A DNA stretch of 64,000 bases from a virus (taxonomy: Duplodnaviria > Heunggongvirae > Uroviricota > Caudoviricetes): the IMG/VR virus record IMGVR_UViG_3300033121_001642, positions 1 to 64,000 of that record; one strand, written 5' to 3'. Made by a program: the position numbers and the translations under genes. A model generated the notes under the pieces. That model ran no database searches, was not told the DNA's origin, and saw only the letters and a list, made by a program, of their open reading frames with translations. Numbering within the stretch: the first letter of the stretch is position 1; each line of letters opens with the position of its first letter. Positions 48,001-57,329 of the stretch are shown here, piece by piece.

Positions 48001-51000
48001 ATTAGAGCATATACCGCTTATACTTCCGATACGTCTTGGTCTCAATATACAGATCCATTTATTGACGCAAAGCTTGATGCTTTTATTGCTGAAAAAGCAG
48101 ATATATTTGTTTGGGATATCGAAGGCTCTTATTGCAATGTAACAGTAAATAGCCCAGATTGGGTTTACGGAGTCTCAGAATCTGAAGTTGACGCTAACCT
48201 TGAGCAATTCAAAAGTCTGTATACAAGAACGAAAATTAGAGCCGGATTGAAGGGCATATCAAATATTAAGGTTGGTTTTTATGGAACACCATTTACAGCC
48301 AATAGTTATTATGGAGCTTATTATTGGGGAAGCGGCGGCCTGGCCCACTCTGTTCCTGGTTCTGTTTTTGACGCAAGTATGAGAAGAATTAATCAGAGAT
48401 ACCAAAATGGGGTATATGTTACAACTCCTTTTGAAGATTATAATGACTTTTTTGCGCCTTCATTATATCCGCTATACCAGGGCTGGACAGCGGCAGAGAC
48501 AAATGAGATTTATGTTGTAAAAGGCTATATTGAAAAGATTATAGAAGTATTTGGAAAATCTAGACCCATATATCCATTTGTTCTTCCAACGTTTTCTGAA
48601 CAAGAAGGAGTAAATGCATTTTTGGGCATGGCTCAAAACTCAACTCTTTCTCAAGGAATGTATACTCAAATATTAGATTCAGGTGCTGACGGACTTATTA
48701 TGTGGTATTCAAAACAACCAAGCTTGTATACAAGTAATCATATATTTATTCCAAGCGTAAATAAAACTCTTTCTGATTGGCAATCTATCACGAATGGTTG
48801 TTTTATTATTGCTGTTGACGGTTATCCCGTTAAGGTTGAAGGTATAAATTTTTCAACAGCGGCAAGCATGACCGATGTTGCTCAAAAAATACAAGACGGA
48901 TTAAACAACAAAATAGCCACAATAACAATAGTTACAGCGTCAGACGGCTCTACATGGAATTCTGGATCTCCAACATCTCCTAGAAACATAGGAAATGTTA
49001 CAGTTGCTTGGGACTCGTTAAATCTTAGGTTTGTAATGAACACCACGAGAGGAACCTTGAAATCACCTAGCGGAATGGTGTTCCCGCCAGATTTTGACAA
49101 AGGATATTTTGTTATTAAGTCATGGACAGCCTGGACCGGAGGTTCTTCTCCTGGTTTTGATATAGGAGTTGACGAGTGGATAGGTCGTCACGACGTTTGG
49201 ACCGATTTGACAAGCACAAGAACAGACGCGGTTGGTGAGTTCGGAAAATGGATCGAGGACTCTCGTTGGTGGAATTCTTATAAGTCAATAGCTCTTGGAT
49301 CTTATGGAACAAATATATCCAACAGAATACTCCCCTTTATAAACGTTGTAACACCCTCTTCTGGAGATGCTCCTTTCACCGTTCATGTTGATGCCATTAA
49401 TTCTTATTTCAATGGAGTTGATATACAAGACTGCACATTCGAATGGGATTTTGGAGACAGCAATCCTCCTGTTTCTGTTATTTCAAGAACCATGATTTCA
49501 GATCCAAGAGTTGATTTTGATTTCAATTCTGACGGGATCGCTCATAGAAAAACGTCGCTATCTAGTAAACAAAGAGGCATTAATGCCGCTTATACTTATT
49601 ATCACGACAATGGCGGTAGTCCGTTTACAATAACTTTAAAGATATGGCACAATGGCGCTGTTAGCTCCACCGTTTCTACAACCGTTGTTGTTTCAAGCCC
49701 AACAGTGGACTCTTATCCGACTAACAATCCTAATAATTGGGTTTTATTGAAGGTCGTTCCAGAGCAGATTTCTCCTCCTGCGAATACCTTTCAAACAATA
49801 GACGCCGCTATTTCTTGGATTAATTCAAATAGAACTAACGGCAAGGCAATTATTGAACTCTTGCCAGGATATAGCGGTTCTGGTAATTTGAATTTTCCTA
49901 TTAATGGAAAAATTACAATAAGTAAACCAAATATCTTGATTAGAGCCTCAACAGTATATTCAACACAGAAGCCAAGAATCGTTGCCAAAAATGGCTCTTT
50001 TACTAGAAGTTCTCCAACGGCTTTGTTTGAGCTAGCGGCAACTGCGTATAATGTTATTTTCCAAGACATTCAATTTGGAGCGTCTGCTAATGTTGCAGGA
50101 GATCCTGGTGGTTTTGAACAGGGAAGCGATAATACTTCTAACCTTATAGGATGTGTTGTAAAATCTCCGGCTTCTGCCACCACAAACACAAGTAATATAA
50201 CGTTTTCGAACTGTACGTTTAGAAATCTTTATCAAGCCGTTACGACATCGCACTTTGTAACTGGTGTATATTTTAATCAATGTCATACGTCAACAACAAA
50301 GATCAAGAGCTACGACTTTATAGGTTGTAATTTTGTTATCAACAAAGGAGTCCATGCAACCTTGAGTGGTTTTGAGGCTGGTGGCTCATTGGCTCTTGCT
50401 GTAAGAACACCGGCTGACTCTCCAATTAACTTTGGAGCAGATAGCAGTCTTGCAGAAAAACTTTCTATGAATTTTTGTAGAATAGATCACTTTGCAACAT
50501 TTCATGGATCTTTAATATCTTCTTCAGGCCCTGTCAATTTATACAACGCAAGATACGTCACTGTTTATGGTTCTATTTTACAAGATGGTTCGAACAATTT
50601 AAACGATGTTTTTTCAGTTAGGTTTGATTCAAATGAAATGTTAGCTGGTGGAACTAAAAGCTTGTTTGTTGTAACAGCACCTTCTTCGGATATAACTATA
50701 GTTAATAATATTTTAAGGCCAAACTCGTATACGGCCGGTTCCAGAATAAACTCTGGTTTATTTGAGTTTGGCGGATCTTATGGTCTTATAAATAATCTTA
50801 AAATAGGAAACAACACAGCAATAGCTGATGTGAATACAAGCTATCAAAAAGCCTTCTGGAATTTTACCACAGCAACAGGCGTTGGTTTGAGTAATATTGA
50901 ATTTGTAAATAATCTCAATACAGAGCATGGTGGTTATTGTATATCTAGATGGATTTCTGTTGGAAATAATGTAGGCCAGTTTGGCAAATTTAGTAATAAT

Positions 51001-54000
51001 ATATGGCCGCAGAGATTTGGTTTTATGGATTTTGCTTTTATTAATGGAACTATAAAAACATGGGATCAATGGGTGTCTGCTGGATACGAAGACAGTCCGT
51101 CTCAGTTTGAGGTTATAACGGTAAGTTTGCAGTCAGTTTACAAATATAAGCTTGATTCTGCAACCAACACTCCTTTGGCGACGACATCTATTTTATATCC
51201 TGCGGCTTGTAAGGATTTTAATGACGAGTTTAGAGGGTCGTTTAATTGCGGTGTTGGAGCAACAAAACCATATGCTCTTTCTTATTCAACGGCTGCGTTC
51301 ACGGTTTCGCCAAATGTTACAACAAGAACAAGAACAACAGAGCCAGGATGGACACCTCCGTCAGGTTGCCAAAATGCCTTTGTTGCCATTACAGATCCTG
51401 TTACAAACACAATTGATAATAATTTTGCAATAACTCAGAAGCCGGTAATCAAAAAGCTTTCAGCTAATGTTTTAGAAATGGTTGATTTTATTCCAGTTGG
51501 TTATTCTTCTTCAAGAGCTTATAGAGTAAAGTTTGACCCAAGCGGTAACGCAAATATAATAGATGCGTTCTTTGGAATGCTATGGGAAGGAGGAGTCAAG
51601 AAACTTGGAGCTATTTTTATTAGAAATGATTATGTTGCTTTTTCTATAACAAACATACCTATTGGATCTTATACAACTATTACTGATCTTTTCAATGCGG
51701 TTTCTTCGGCTATAAACACTTTATTTGTTAATAATAACCTTGGCAATCCGTCTGTTATTATAGATCTTTTTGGATGCGGATATCTTTCTCCGTCTTTATT
51801 GGCATTTCCTTCGAGCAGCGTAACGAGCATATACACAACAGGTTCGAGGTGCTACAATGTTTGGACTTTTGCTTCTTTTTCAAACATCACTCTTGGCAAT
51901 TATATTAAAACAACAATATCAGTGACCCCAACCACTGACGGATATGATGCATTAATAACTTACACAAACGACGGCCCGTCTGGAGCGAACGACAGCGTAA
52001 CGGGTGATATAAGACAAAGAATAGGAGTTATTAGGGTTGAAGGTATTCTTTCTGGATACAAAGGTAAACTCTTGCTGACCAATGACGGAACGAGACTTTC
52101 TAATTATGATACTTCATTTATGAACTATTTTGGATCTGGTATTTTGTATCCATTTGATAAGTTTTCTCCTGTTACGGTTGCGATAGGAGAAACATACGCT
52201 GTTGGCGTTTCTCTTTTGTATAATTTTGCAACAAGTCATTTGTATAATCAAGAGTTTATTGGGCAATACGGAGGAGGTATTGTCAATAGACTATCTTGGT
52301 TGACAAATCTCGATAGCGATAATCTTTCTGCCGTTAATGCTGACTGTTTGGCTCGCGGCCAATCTATGCAGGTAACCGTTTCTGTTAGAGTTACTAGAAA
52401 TATTAGAGACTGGGTTAAAACTCTTGCTCCATATAAAGCTTATTTTGCAGCTACATACGGGTCTGTCAATTATATTAAAGACCCTCGCCCTATTCGCCCC
52501 ATAACACCTGCCGCCACCCACAGCGGTCAGCCATTGTATTTTCATGGGCACGAAGATCAAAATAATCAAAACCCAGCCCGTTGGGGTTGGGCTTGGTATG
52601 CTAATAAGATAAAATATCTATATAATACTCTTGGGTACGAAAGATTTTTTATGTGGTGTCCTGCTGGGTTGTACTATAATGGAAACGGAGCGAATTACCC
52701 GTCCATTGTTTTAACGCCATTTTTTGATACAATAGGAAAATTCCCGCACTCTTCTAGCGCAGCAATATCAGATAGTTGTTATACTTTACTTAATAACGTT
52801 TGTGTTCCTGGAACGTTTACTATAAATTCAGATTTGTTTAAGGGAACAATATATATGCTGAGAGACGCAATACAGGAAGTTCCCATGTTTGGTTTCTATC
52901 AAGGATATGGTACTATTGTTCATAAAAAATGGAATCCAGCACGCAGCGATATTGTTGGATTCAAGGACATATCTTCTGCTGAAATTATGAATTATGCAAA
53001 TAATGAATTACACTTAATGTCTTATTATGCAAAAACAAACATGATAGGCCTTGACGCATATGCCTCAGGTACGCAAGACGGGCTTATACAAAACAAAAGA
53101 GCGCTTGATTTTATAGGATACAAATATGACGGGTTGAAACTTCTTGCTGAAAAATCTCTAGAAGACGTAACAAGCATTAATTGTATAAACTATTTGTTCT
53201 CTCCAGAACTTCAATCAGGACCAAATGTTGTTGCAGATTATATTGTTCCTGGACACGAAAGCCTTGCTATGCTTTATCCAAATCTTTCTTGGTCTGATTT
53301 TCCAGCAGGAACATATAATGAAGGTCAAATAAAGAACATGCTTGCGGCTTTTGCAAGATGGGGTTATGTTGTTGGAAGCGTAGATAACGAAATACATTCT
53401 TCTCCAAAATCGTCTCTTGTTGATGCTTCAGTTTTTAACTCTGCTGACATGCGATTTGTTTATGATCAAAAACCTGCAAGCGTTTTGTCTCTTGCAGCCC
53501 CTTCTGGTTTGCAACACAAGATTATTGATGCGGTTGTTAATAATGATTATCCAGACGTTCATCAACAATCAATTATTTTATCATGGAACGCTAATACCGA
53601 AACCGATTTTAGCCATTATGTTGTTTCTAGACCTAGAATAATAAATGGAGAACCAGATTTTGATCTTCCATATCAAGAAAAGCTATATACGAAAAATACC
53701 ATCTTTGTTGATTATCAAGTTTTTCCTGCGAAAACATATTATTATAAAATTGTTGCATATGACGTAGACGGCAATGCTTCTTCTCCAACTTTTTATGAAG
53801 TAACCCATATAGCTGACGATCCAATACTTAATCCACCAAAGAATGTTTCTTCAACAGCTAATATTGGAGATGGCAATATTGTTGTTACATGGGACGCTCC
53901 TTCGTCCGAGTTTGAACCCTCTTCTACCAATAGAGTACCTCCAAAGTTTATTATACAAGGAAGCAGTAGAGCGGCTGATCTTGATAATGAGCTTTTTGAT

Positions 54001-55281
54001 TTGTCAAATACCTACATACTTGTTAGCGCTCCAATATCGACAGGCGATTCTGACGCAAGAACGATGGATCAGCGCGCTCAGTTTGCTAGAGATCTTATTG
54101 TTGAAATAAGAAATAAGTGGGCTTCTGTAAGGCCTGGTCAGCCATTTAGATGGGCTTTTTGTCCGCAAGGGTTCGGCTTGTATAATTGGGGAAGCTCTAA
54201 CACTTCTCTGTTTAGACACTCTGGCGACTTCTTGCTTGGTGGTACTTGCTTGTGGACAGCTAGCGGTATAGCAGAGGCAAGGTCTAGAATGCTAACATAT
54301 TTTGGGTTGTTAGCCAATTATTTATCTCAAAATGGCATTCCTGCGCCTTTGTATATTGATCCAATGTTTGAAGGAGATAGCGGGGCTTCTTTGGCTGGCG
54401 GCAATTGGAACAATAGACTACTTTGGCACGGCAACCTTATGGCAGATAGCCGTTCTACAAATGAGTTGTTTGATGGAACTATAACATATGCAGAGTATAT
54501 AGGTTCTTTGAAAGATTTGGATAATATTTCCATTCCAACTTCAGAGTTGTATCCTTATATATACGACACTTCTTTTACTTCTTCAAAGAGAGTTCACGTT
54601 TATAGCAGTATTGAGTCTAGAAGAACTGATTGGGCTCTTTATAAATCGCTGTTTGAGCCAGCAAAATCTGTATGGCCTAATGTTATATGCGGTAATTATT
54701 CTTTGTTCGGTTCTACTAGACAATATCTTGGAAGCGTAAGAAGATTCAGAGAAAGCCCTGTTGATTTTGGTCAATATATGAAATCCGATGTTCAAGTTTT
54801 GCCAAATTATAAATGGCAGGTTATTGACGGAAAGAGCCTTCCTTCAGGATATGGTTATAATACATATATTGAGAATTCTTTGAAATATAACATAGACCTT
54901 AATAAAACCAAAAATTCTAATGAAATAGTAAAAGCCATGAGAATAGGGTCTCTTGATTATGCGCTGAAAGGTTGCGAAGGAGCTAACCCTAACAAACCAG
55001 TGGCTACTTGGTTGCAGTATAATAATATACCAGTTATATATAACGATCTTTACGAAGGCTCCAGTCCAAAATATCCAGCAAATTTTAGAGCATGCATTAT
55101 TGATGATAGAGATCACATGATGGGGCTGTTTAGGGTTCTAAACAAGAGAAACATATCTATAGTTGGATGGTACTGCGGTCAAACTCTTGGTTCTAGCAAT
55201 ACGCAAGAGGATACTTCGGATACTTATAGCAAGATATATGAGGTTATCAGTAATCTTAATGAAGCTGGTTATGTTGTTTGA
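45043..55281 (+). CDS. giant (3412 aa) tail-fibre/depolymerase-like protein: three tandem ~700-aa repeats (TIM-barrel glycoside-hydrolase-like module + 'L(T/S)xW(Q/R)(S/T)(I/V)TNG(C/S)F' module), PKD-like domain (WDFGDS), right-handed beta-helix repeats, FN3 domain, long C-terminal region
   Basis: Internal repeats ..ADGIIMYGGANAS / ..DGAIVRSVYRPS / ..DGLIMWYSKQPS; PKD FEWDFGDSNPP; FN3 LSWNANTETDFSHYVV..TYYYKIVAYDVDGNASSP; NxTFxNC beta-helix rungs. Confidence 0.8.
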   Translation: MPFKFFASFEFTGSPTSEQFRFAYGMGVMKNVQSPISNYQTLTINNDAINQHIDNAIAQGYEAICWDEKNPRFYLWNSSMTEAEKDAALDCLVEIYTKSKARAIQQGRPDLKIGWCDIPGGHPNSYNAPLQYTQSPSNPTYQSNYQSWISWMSRLSQRYVNGQYISSPFSNCCDFVAPSLYIFYGNSQSLIDDWKIFAGVTLDQMRLRIANGKPIYSFCSFSFHPSFVYVGTMASYNNMSQMIALSKQKADGIIMYGGANASYRYDNWFWRPSGANEAADLTTWRTVTNGSFSITIANVKLKIQNINTSSAVSMSQVASVLQSAIQSKISSRPNPAYDGYYPFPLGTVTVTWSSSQKGFLFNMTTNGSSTPMPPNFHRGLFTIESKNAWGGNISGTDLAISQFIGVPTTNTAGLPGNTQWLYGGTQNNMEWRDYAEDQDWWQSYSEASLENSELKDFKYFISSAYAGQPSFTSFETYGINFIKTGGITPFVESYSQAATTLLTSPLTISDSNINAGILAYLDPSLGSNQSFYYAYDLEQFQSYIDPTSNSDTVIDNMLESFNRAYTRTKELLAVRGISDVKIGFYFNPNFKSYYDPVLYWYTKGNSLDYTTNYNTWVSKFRRVNLRKSGATYYTKKFSDYTDFITCEVCPFYGEQDPLDDIYYKENIIQAARYTAANKPLYVFLNPSFHFSTPWCSKLVSGNYMIKMLSWCKRIADGAIVRSVYRPSYRRARMRHFMTASGGPPAVPSKTLADWQSITNGCFNYFAQGYTRSITDINFSIATSIGGLESTSVANIIESAINADLYYINNFFPTTTAYPSLSYSRPYEVGSVVVSYQSSVSNNTPLSSTQVPCFEFTYTTPSIQSPPDHSSSEGREFLYCYGYSGSLPIGGTDIGSALWIGTYYNTDQEYDSNVYAGQDFDSNEWSNGWVVGNDWWHAFSSMATSDKYTRDRSIAVMENFGSTTSNGIIRSFSGMPTVPQLKAQYNIIRAYTAYTSDTSWSQYTDPFIDAKLDAFIAEKADIFVWDIEGSYCNVTVNSPDWVYGVSESEVDANLEQFKSLYTRTKIRAGLKGISNIKVGFYGTPFTANSYYGAYYWGSGGLAHSVPGSVFDASMRRINQRYQNGVYVTTPFEDYNDFFAPSLYPLYQGWTAAETNEIYVVKGYIEKIIEVFGKSRPIYPFVLPTFSEQEGVNAFLGMAQNSTLSQGMYTQILDSGADGLIMWYSKQPSLYTSNHIFIPSVNKTLSDWQSITNGCFIIAVDGYPVKVEGINFSTAASMTDVAQKIQDGLNNKIATITIVTASDGSTWNSGSPTSPRNIGNVTVAWDSLNLRFVMNTTRGTLKSPSGMVFPPDFDKGYFVIKSWTAWTGGSSPGFDIGVDEWIGRHDVWTDLTSTRTDAVGEFGKWIEDSRWWNSYKSIALGSYGTNISNRILPFINVVTPSSGDAPFTVHVDAINSYFNGVDIQDCTFEWDFGDSNPPVSVISRTMISDPRVDFDFNSDGIAHRKTSLSSKQRGINAAYTYYHDNGGSPFTITLKIWHNGAVSSTVSTTVVVSSPTVDSYPTNNPNNWVLLKVVPEQISPPANTFQTIDAAISWINSNRTNGKAIIELLPGYSGSGNLNFPINGKITISKPNILIRASTVYSTQKPRIVAKNGSFTRSSPTALFELAATAYNVIFQDIQFGASANVAGDPGGFEQGSDNTSNLIGCVVKSPASATTNTSNITFSNCTFRNLYQAVTTSHFVTGVYFNQCHTSTTKIKSYDFIGCNFVINKGVHATLSGFEAGGSLALAVRTPADSPINFGADSSLAEKLSMNFCRIDHFATFHGSLISSSGPVNLYNARYVTVYGSILQDGSNNLNDVFSVRFDSNEMLAGGTKSLFVVTAPSSDITIVNNILRPNSYTAGSRINSGLFEFGGSYGLINNLKIGNNTAIADVNTSYQKAFWNFTTATGVGLSNIEFVNNLNTEHGGYCISRWISVGNNVGQFGKFSNNIWPQRFGFMDFAFINGTIKTWDQWVSAGYEDSPSQFEVITVSLQSVYKYKLDSATNTPLATTSILYPAACKDFNDEFRGSFNCGVGATKPYALSYSTAAFTVSPNVTTRTRTTEPGWTPPSGCQNAFVAITDPVTNTIDNNFAITQKPVIKKLSANVLEMVDFIPVGYSSSRAYRVKFDPSGNANIIDAFFGMLWEGGVKKLGAIFIRNDYVAFSITNIPIGSYTTITDLFNAVSSAINTLFVNNNLGNPSVIIDLFGCGYLSPSLLAFPSSSVTSIYTTGSRCYNVWTFASFSNITLGNYIKTTISVTPTTDGYDALITYTNDGPSGANDSVTGDIRQRIGVIRVEGILSGYKGKLLLTNDGTRLSNYDTSFMNYFGSGILYPFDKFSPVTVAIGETYAVGVSLLYNFATSHLYNQEFIGQYGGGIVNRLSWLTNLDSDNLSAVNADCLARGQSMQVTVSVRVTRNIRDWVKTLAPYKAYFAATYGSVNYIKDPRPIRPITPAATHSGQPLYFHGHEDQNNQNPARWGWAWYANKIKYLYNTLGYERFFMWCPAGLYYNGNGANYPSIVLTPFFDTIGKFPHSSSAAISDSCYTLLNNVCVPGTFTINSDLFKGTIYMLRDAIQEVPMFGFYQGYGTIVHKKWNPARSDIVGFKDISSAEIMNYANNELHLMSYYAKTNMIGLDAYASGTQDGLIQNKRALDFIGYKYDGLKLLAEKSLEDVTSINCINYLFSPELQSGPNVVADYIVPGHESLAMLYPNLSWSDFPAGTYNEGQIKNMLAAFARWGYVVGSVDNEIHSSPKSSLVDASVFNSADMRFVYDQKPASVLSLAAPSGLQHKIIDAVVNNDYPDVHQQSIILSWNANTETDFSHYVVSRPRIINGEPDFDLPYQEKLYTKNTIFVDYQVFPAKTYYYKIVAYDVDGNASSPTFYEVTHIADDPILNPPKNVSSTANIGDGNIVVTWDAPSSEFEPSSTNRVPPKFIIQGSSRAADLDNELFDLSNTYILVSAPISTGDSDARTMDQRAQFARDLIVEIRNKWASVRPGQPFRWAFCPQGFGLYNWGSSNTSLFRHSGDFLLGGTCLWTASGIAEARSRMLTYFGLLANYLSQNGIPAPLYIDPMFEGDSGASLAGGNWNNRLLWHGNLMADSRSTNELFDGTITYAEYIGSLKDLDNISIPTSELYPYIYDTSFTSSKRVHVYSSIESRRTDWALYKSLFEPAKSVWPNVICGNYSLFGSTRQYLGSVRRFRESPVDFGQYMKSDVQVLPNYKWQVIDGKSLPSGYGYNTYIENSLKYNIDLNKTKNSNEIVKAMRIGSLDYALKGCEGANPNKPVATWLQYNNIPVIYNDLYEGSSPKYPANFRACIIDDRDHMMGLFRVLNKRNISIVGWYCGQTLGSSNTQEDTSDTYSKIYEVISNLNEAGYVV

Positions 55282-55293
55282 TAAGGGGTATTT

Positions 55294-57318
55294 ATGATTT
55301 TGCCTATAGATTTTGCATACTATGAAATTTATCGATCAAATCAATCTGATGGTGTTTTCTCTTTAATAGGGACTTCTACAACAGAGGATTTTGTTGATTC
55401 GACTGCTGCTCTTGGAAATACATATTGCTATAAGGTTGTTGCTGTTGATATTTATGGTAACAGATCAGAATCAAGCACGGTCACTTGTGTTTTTTTTTCG
55501 ATTCAGGGACCAACCCCGGACGGGGGCCAGCAAACAATTGTCAATCCTACCGCAATACTTTCAAAGGACAACGTTGTTTGCGTTTATCGAGAAGGGGACG
55601 CAGACAGCCTGTCGTCCGCATTGCGATATAAAGAGATTCATGGCCTTGAAGATAACCAATTGATAGCTATAGCATGTTCTAATAGAGAAGTATTATCAGA
55701 TTATATAGAGTTTCAAGAAGAAGTAGAAGACCCTATAAGATCTGCTATAACAAGCTATCCAGTTTCTGATCGAAGTGTTTATGCAATTGTTTTGATGCCA
55801 TATGTTCCTGGTGGGTTTAGAGACGGTTCTGATGTTGTGTCTTCAACATCGAGGCTTTCTAGAATATTTTACCCATTTGAAAAGAATGCTGTTAATCCGG
55901 TTTATAATAGGCAAGTATTTAATAGGTTTGACGGTTTTGATGCTTTGCAATCTTTGATTTGCACAAGAATTGATGGACCAAACATTATTACAGCCTCTTG
56001 GTTTGATAATATTGAAACAGCAAAAGGAAGATCTCAGGTTGGGGGTAAGTTTTATTTTGATCCATATTCATCTTATTCATTTGAAGGAGCTTCTGATTAC
56101 TCGTTAGAGCTTCTTGATTTTAGAGACAATTATATAGGAAGGCTTGGTTTAGCAATCGAGACAACCTCTCAATCTTTTCCTTCTATAGATCCTTTTTTCT
56201 CTCAAATTGAAGGAGATTCGTTTTTCTGGGGATGGGGCGCTGACAGAGGTTCTTTGGGTTATTTCCAGGCAACGGCGGAAACGAGAGCTTTCTTTTACAA
56301 CGCTGATTTTGACGGCGGATTTTCTATAAGAGACTTGGACGCTCGCTCTTGGCCTATACTTGCCATAAGGCAAGGGTATACCGCTGCGGCAGGATCTATG
56401 TCTGGAGCAAATGCGCGTGCCTTTTTGAGGCCTGTTCCTTTTATGGACGCTCTTTTTAGAGGAGCAACAATGGGCGAGGCCATGTTCTTTTCCCAACCTC
56501 TTTTAAATTCTACAATAGCTTGCTTTGGTGATCCGTTGGCTTTCTATTCTTTTCCTGTTTCGTTTGCAGAAAGAATTCTTTTGTCTCCCCCAAAGGCGTG
56601 GGATAATATGGAAAATTGCTTGGCCGAAGCTGTCGCCTGTATATACAGAAAAGCAAAAGTTCTTGACAATCTTCGAACGTATGTAGCAAGCGGATCGGAC
56701 GAGTTTATTCAAGAAGAATTGATATATCCATTCGATCAGTTGTCCGCAGAGTTTGATGATTTATCGTGGAGAAATGATTTTGTTCAATTAACAGGAAAGC
56801 TTGTTAATTTCGTTGTTGATAAGAATGCGACCGCTTATGATTTTGCATATCCTAATCTTAATCAGTATTTGACATATACTGGTACCAGGGTCTCTGGTAT
56901 TGTTTTAGAAACTCTTCAAAATCAGAGCCTAATAGGCTCGATTGTTCCGACGAACATAGAAACCGTTGGGTCTTGGAATTTTGAAACTACTCTTCAACAC
57001 TATCCTGGTGATTTTAGGTTCTACCATTTTGAATTACAGATCGCTAGAGAATATGACGATTTTGATAAAGGCAACATATTGATATCAAAAGATACTTTTG
57101 TTGATACAACTAACTGGTATTTTGAAGATTATAATGGAAATTTTCAACCCTTTTCTAGTAACGGCATAACCAGTAATTATGAAGATAAGAAGATAAGATA
57201 TGTAAATCAATCTTCTGAACTTTTGATTCGAGGAGAGTTTTATTGGTTTAGAGTTAGGCAGAAAGATGAATTGCAAGAGTTTGATTGGAGATTTTCTAGA
57301 GAGATTATTTATCTATAA
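55294..57318 (+). CDS. hypothetical structural protein beginning with the C-terminal half of an FN3 domain (DFAYYEIYRS..NTYCYKVVAVDIYGNRSESS)
   Basis: Same frame as upstream giant gene after a TGA TAA double stop; FN3 strands C-G only. Confidence 0.7.
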   Translation: MILPIDFAYYEIYRSNQSDGVFSLIGTSTTEDFVDSTAALGNTYCYKVVAVDIYGNRSESSTVTCVFFSIQGPTPDGGQQTIVNPTAILSKDNVVCVYREGDADSLSSALRYKEIHGLEDNQLIAIACSNREVLSDYIEFQEEVEDPIRSAITSYPVSDRSVYAIVLMPYVPGGFRDGSDVVSSTSRLSRIFYPFEKNAVNPVYNRQVFNRFDGFDALQSLICTRIDGPNIITASWFDNIETAKGRSQVGGKFYFDPYSSYSFEGASDYSLELLDFRDNYIGRLGLAIETTSQSFPSIDPFFSQIEGDSFFWGWGADRGSLGYFQATAETRAFFYNADFDGGFSIRDLDARSWPILAIRQGYTAAAGSMSGANARAFLRPVPFMDALFRGATMGEAMFFSQPLLNSTIACFGDPLAFYSFPVSFAERILLSPPKAWDNMENCLAEAVACIYRKAKVLDNLRTYVASGSDEFIQEELIYPFDQLSAEFDDLSWRNDFVQLTGKLVNFVVDKNATAYDFAYPNLNQYLTYTGTRVSGIVLETLQNQSLIGSIVPTNIETVGSWNFETTLQHYPGDFRFYHFELQIAREYDDFDKGNILISKDTFVDTTNWYFEDYNGNFQPFSSNGITSNYEDKKIRYVNQSSELLIRGEFYWFRVRQKDELQEFDWRFSREIIYL

Positions 57319-57329
57319 ATGAGGAATAA

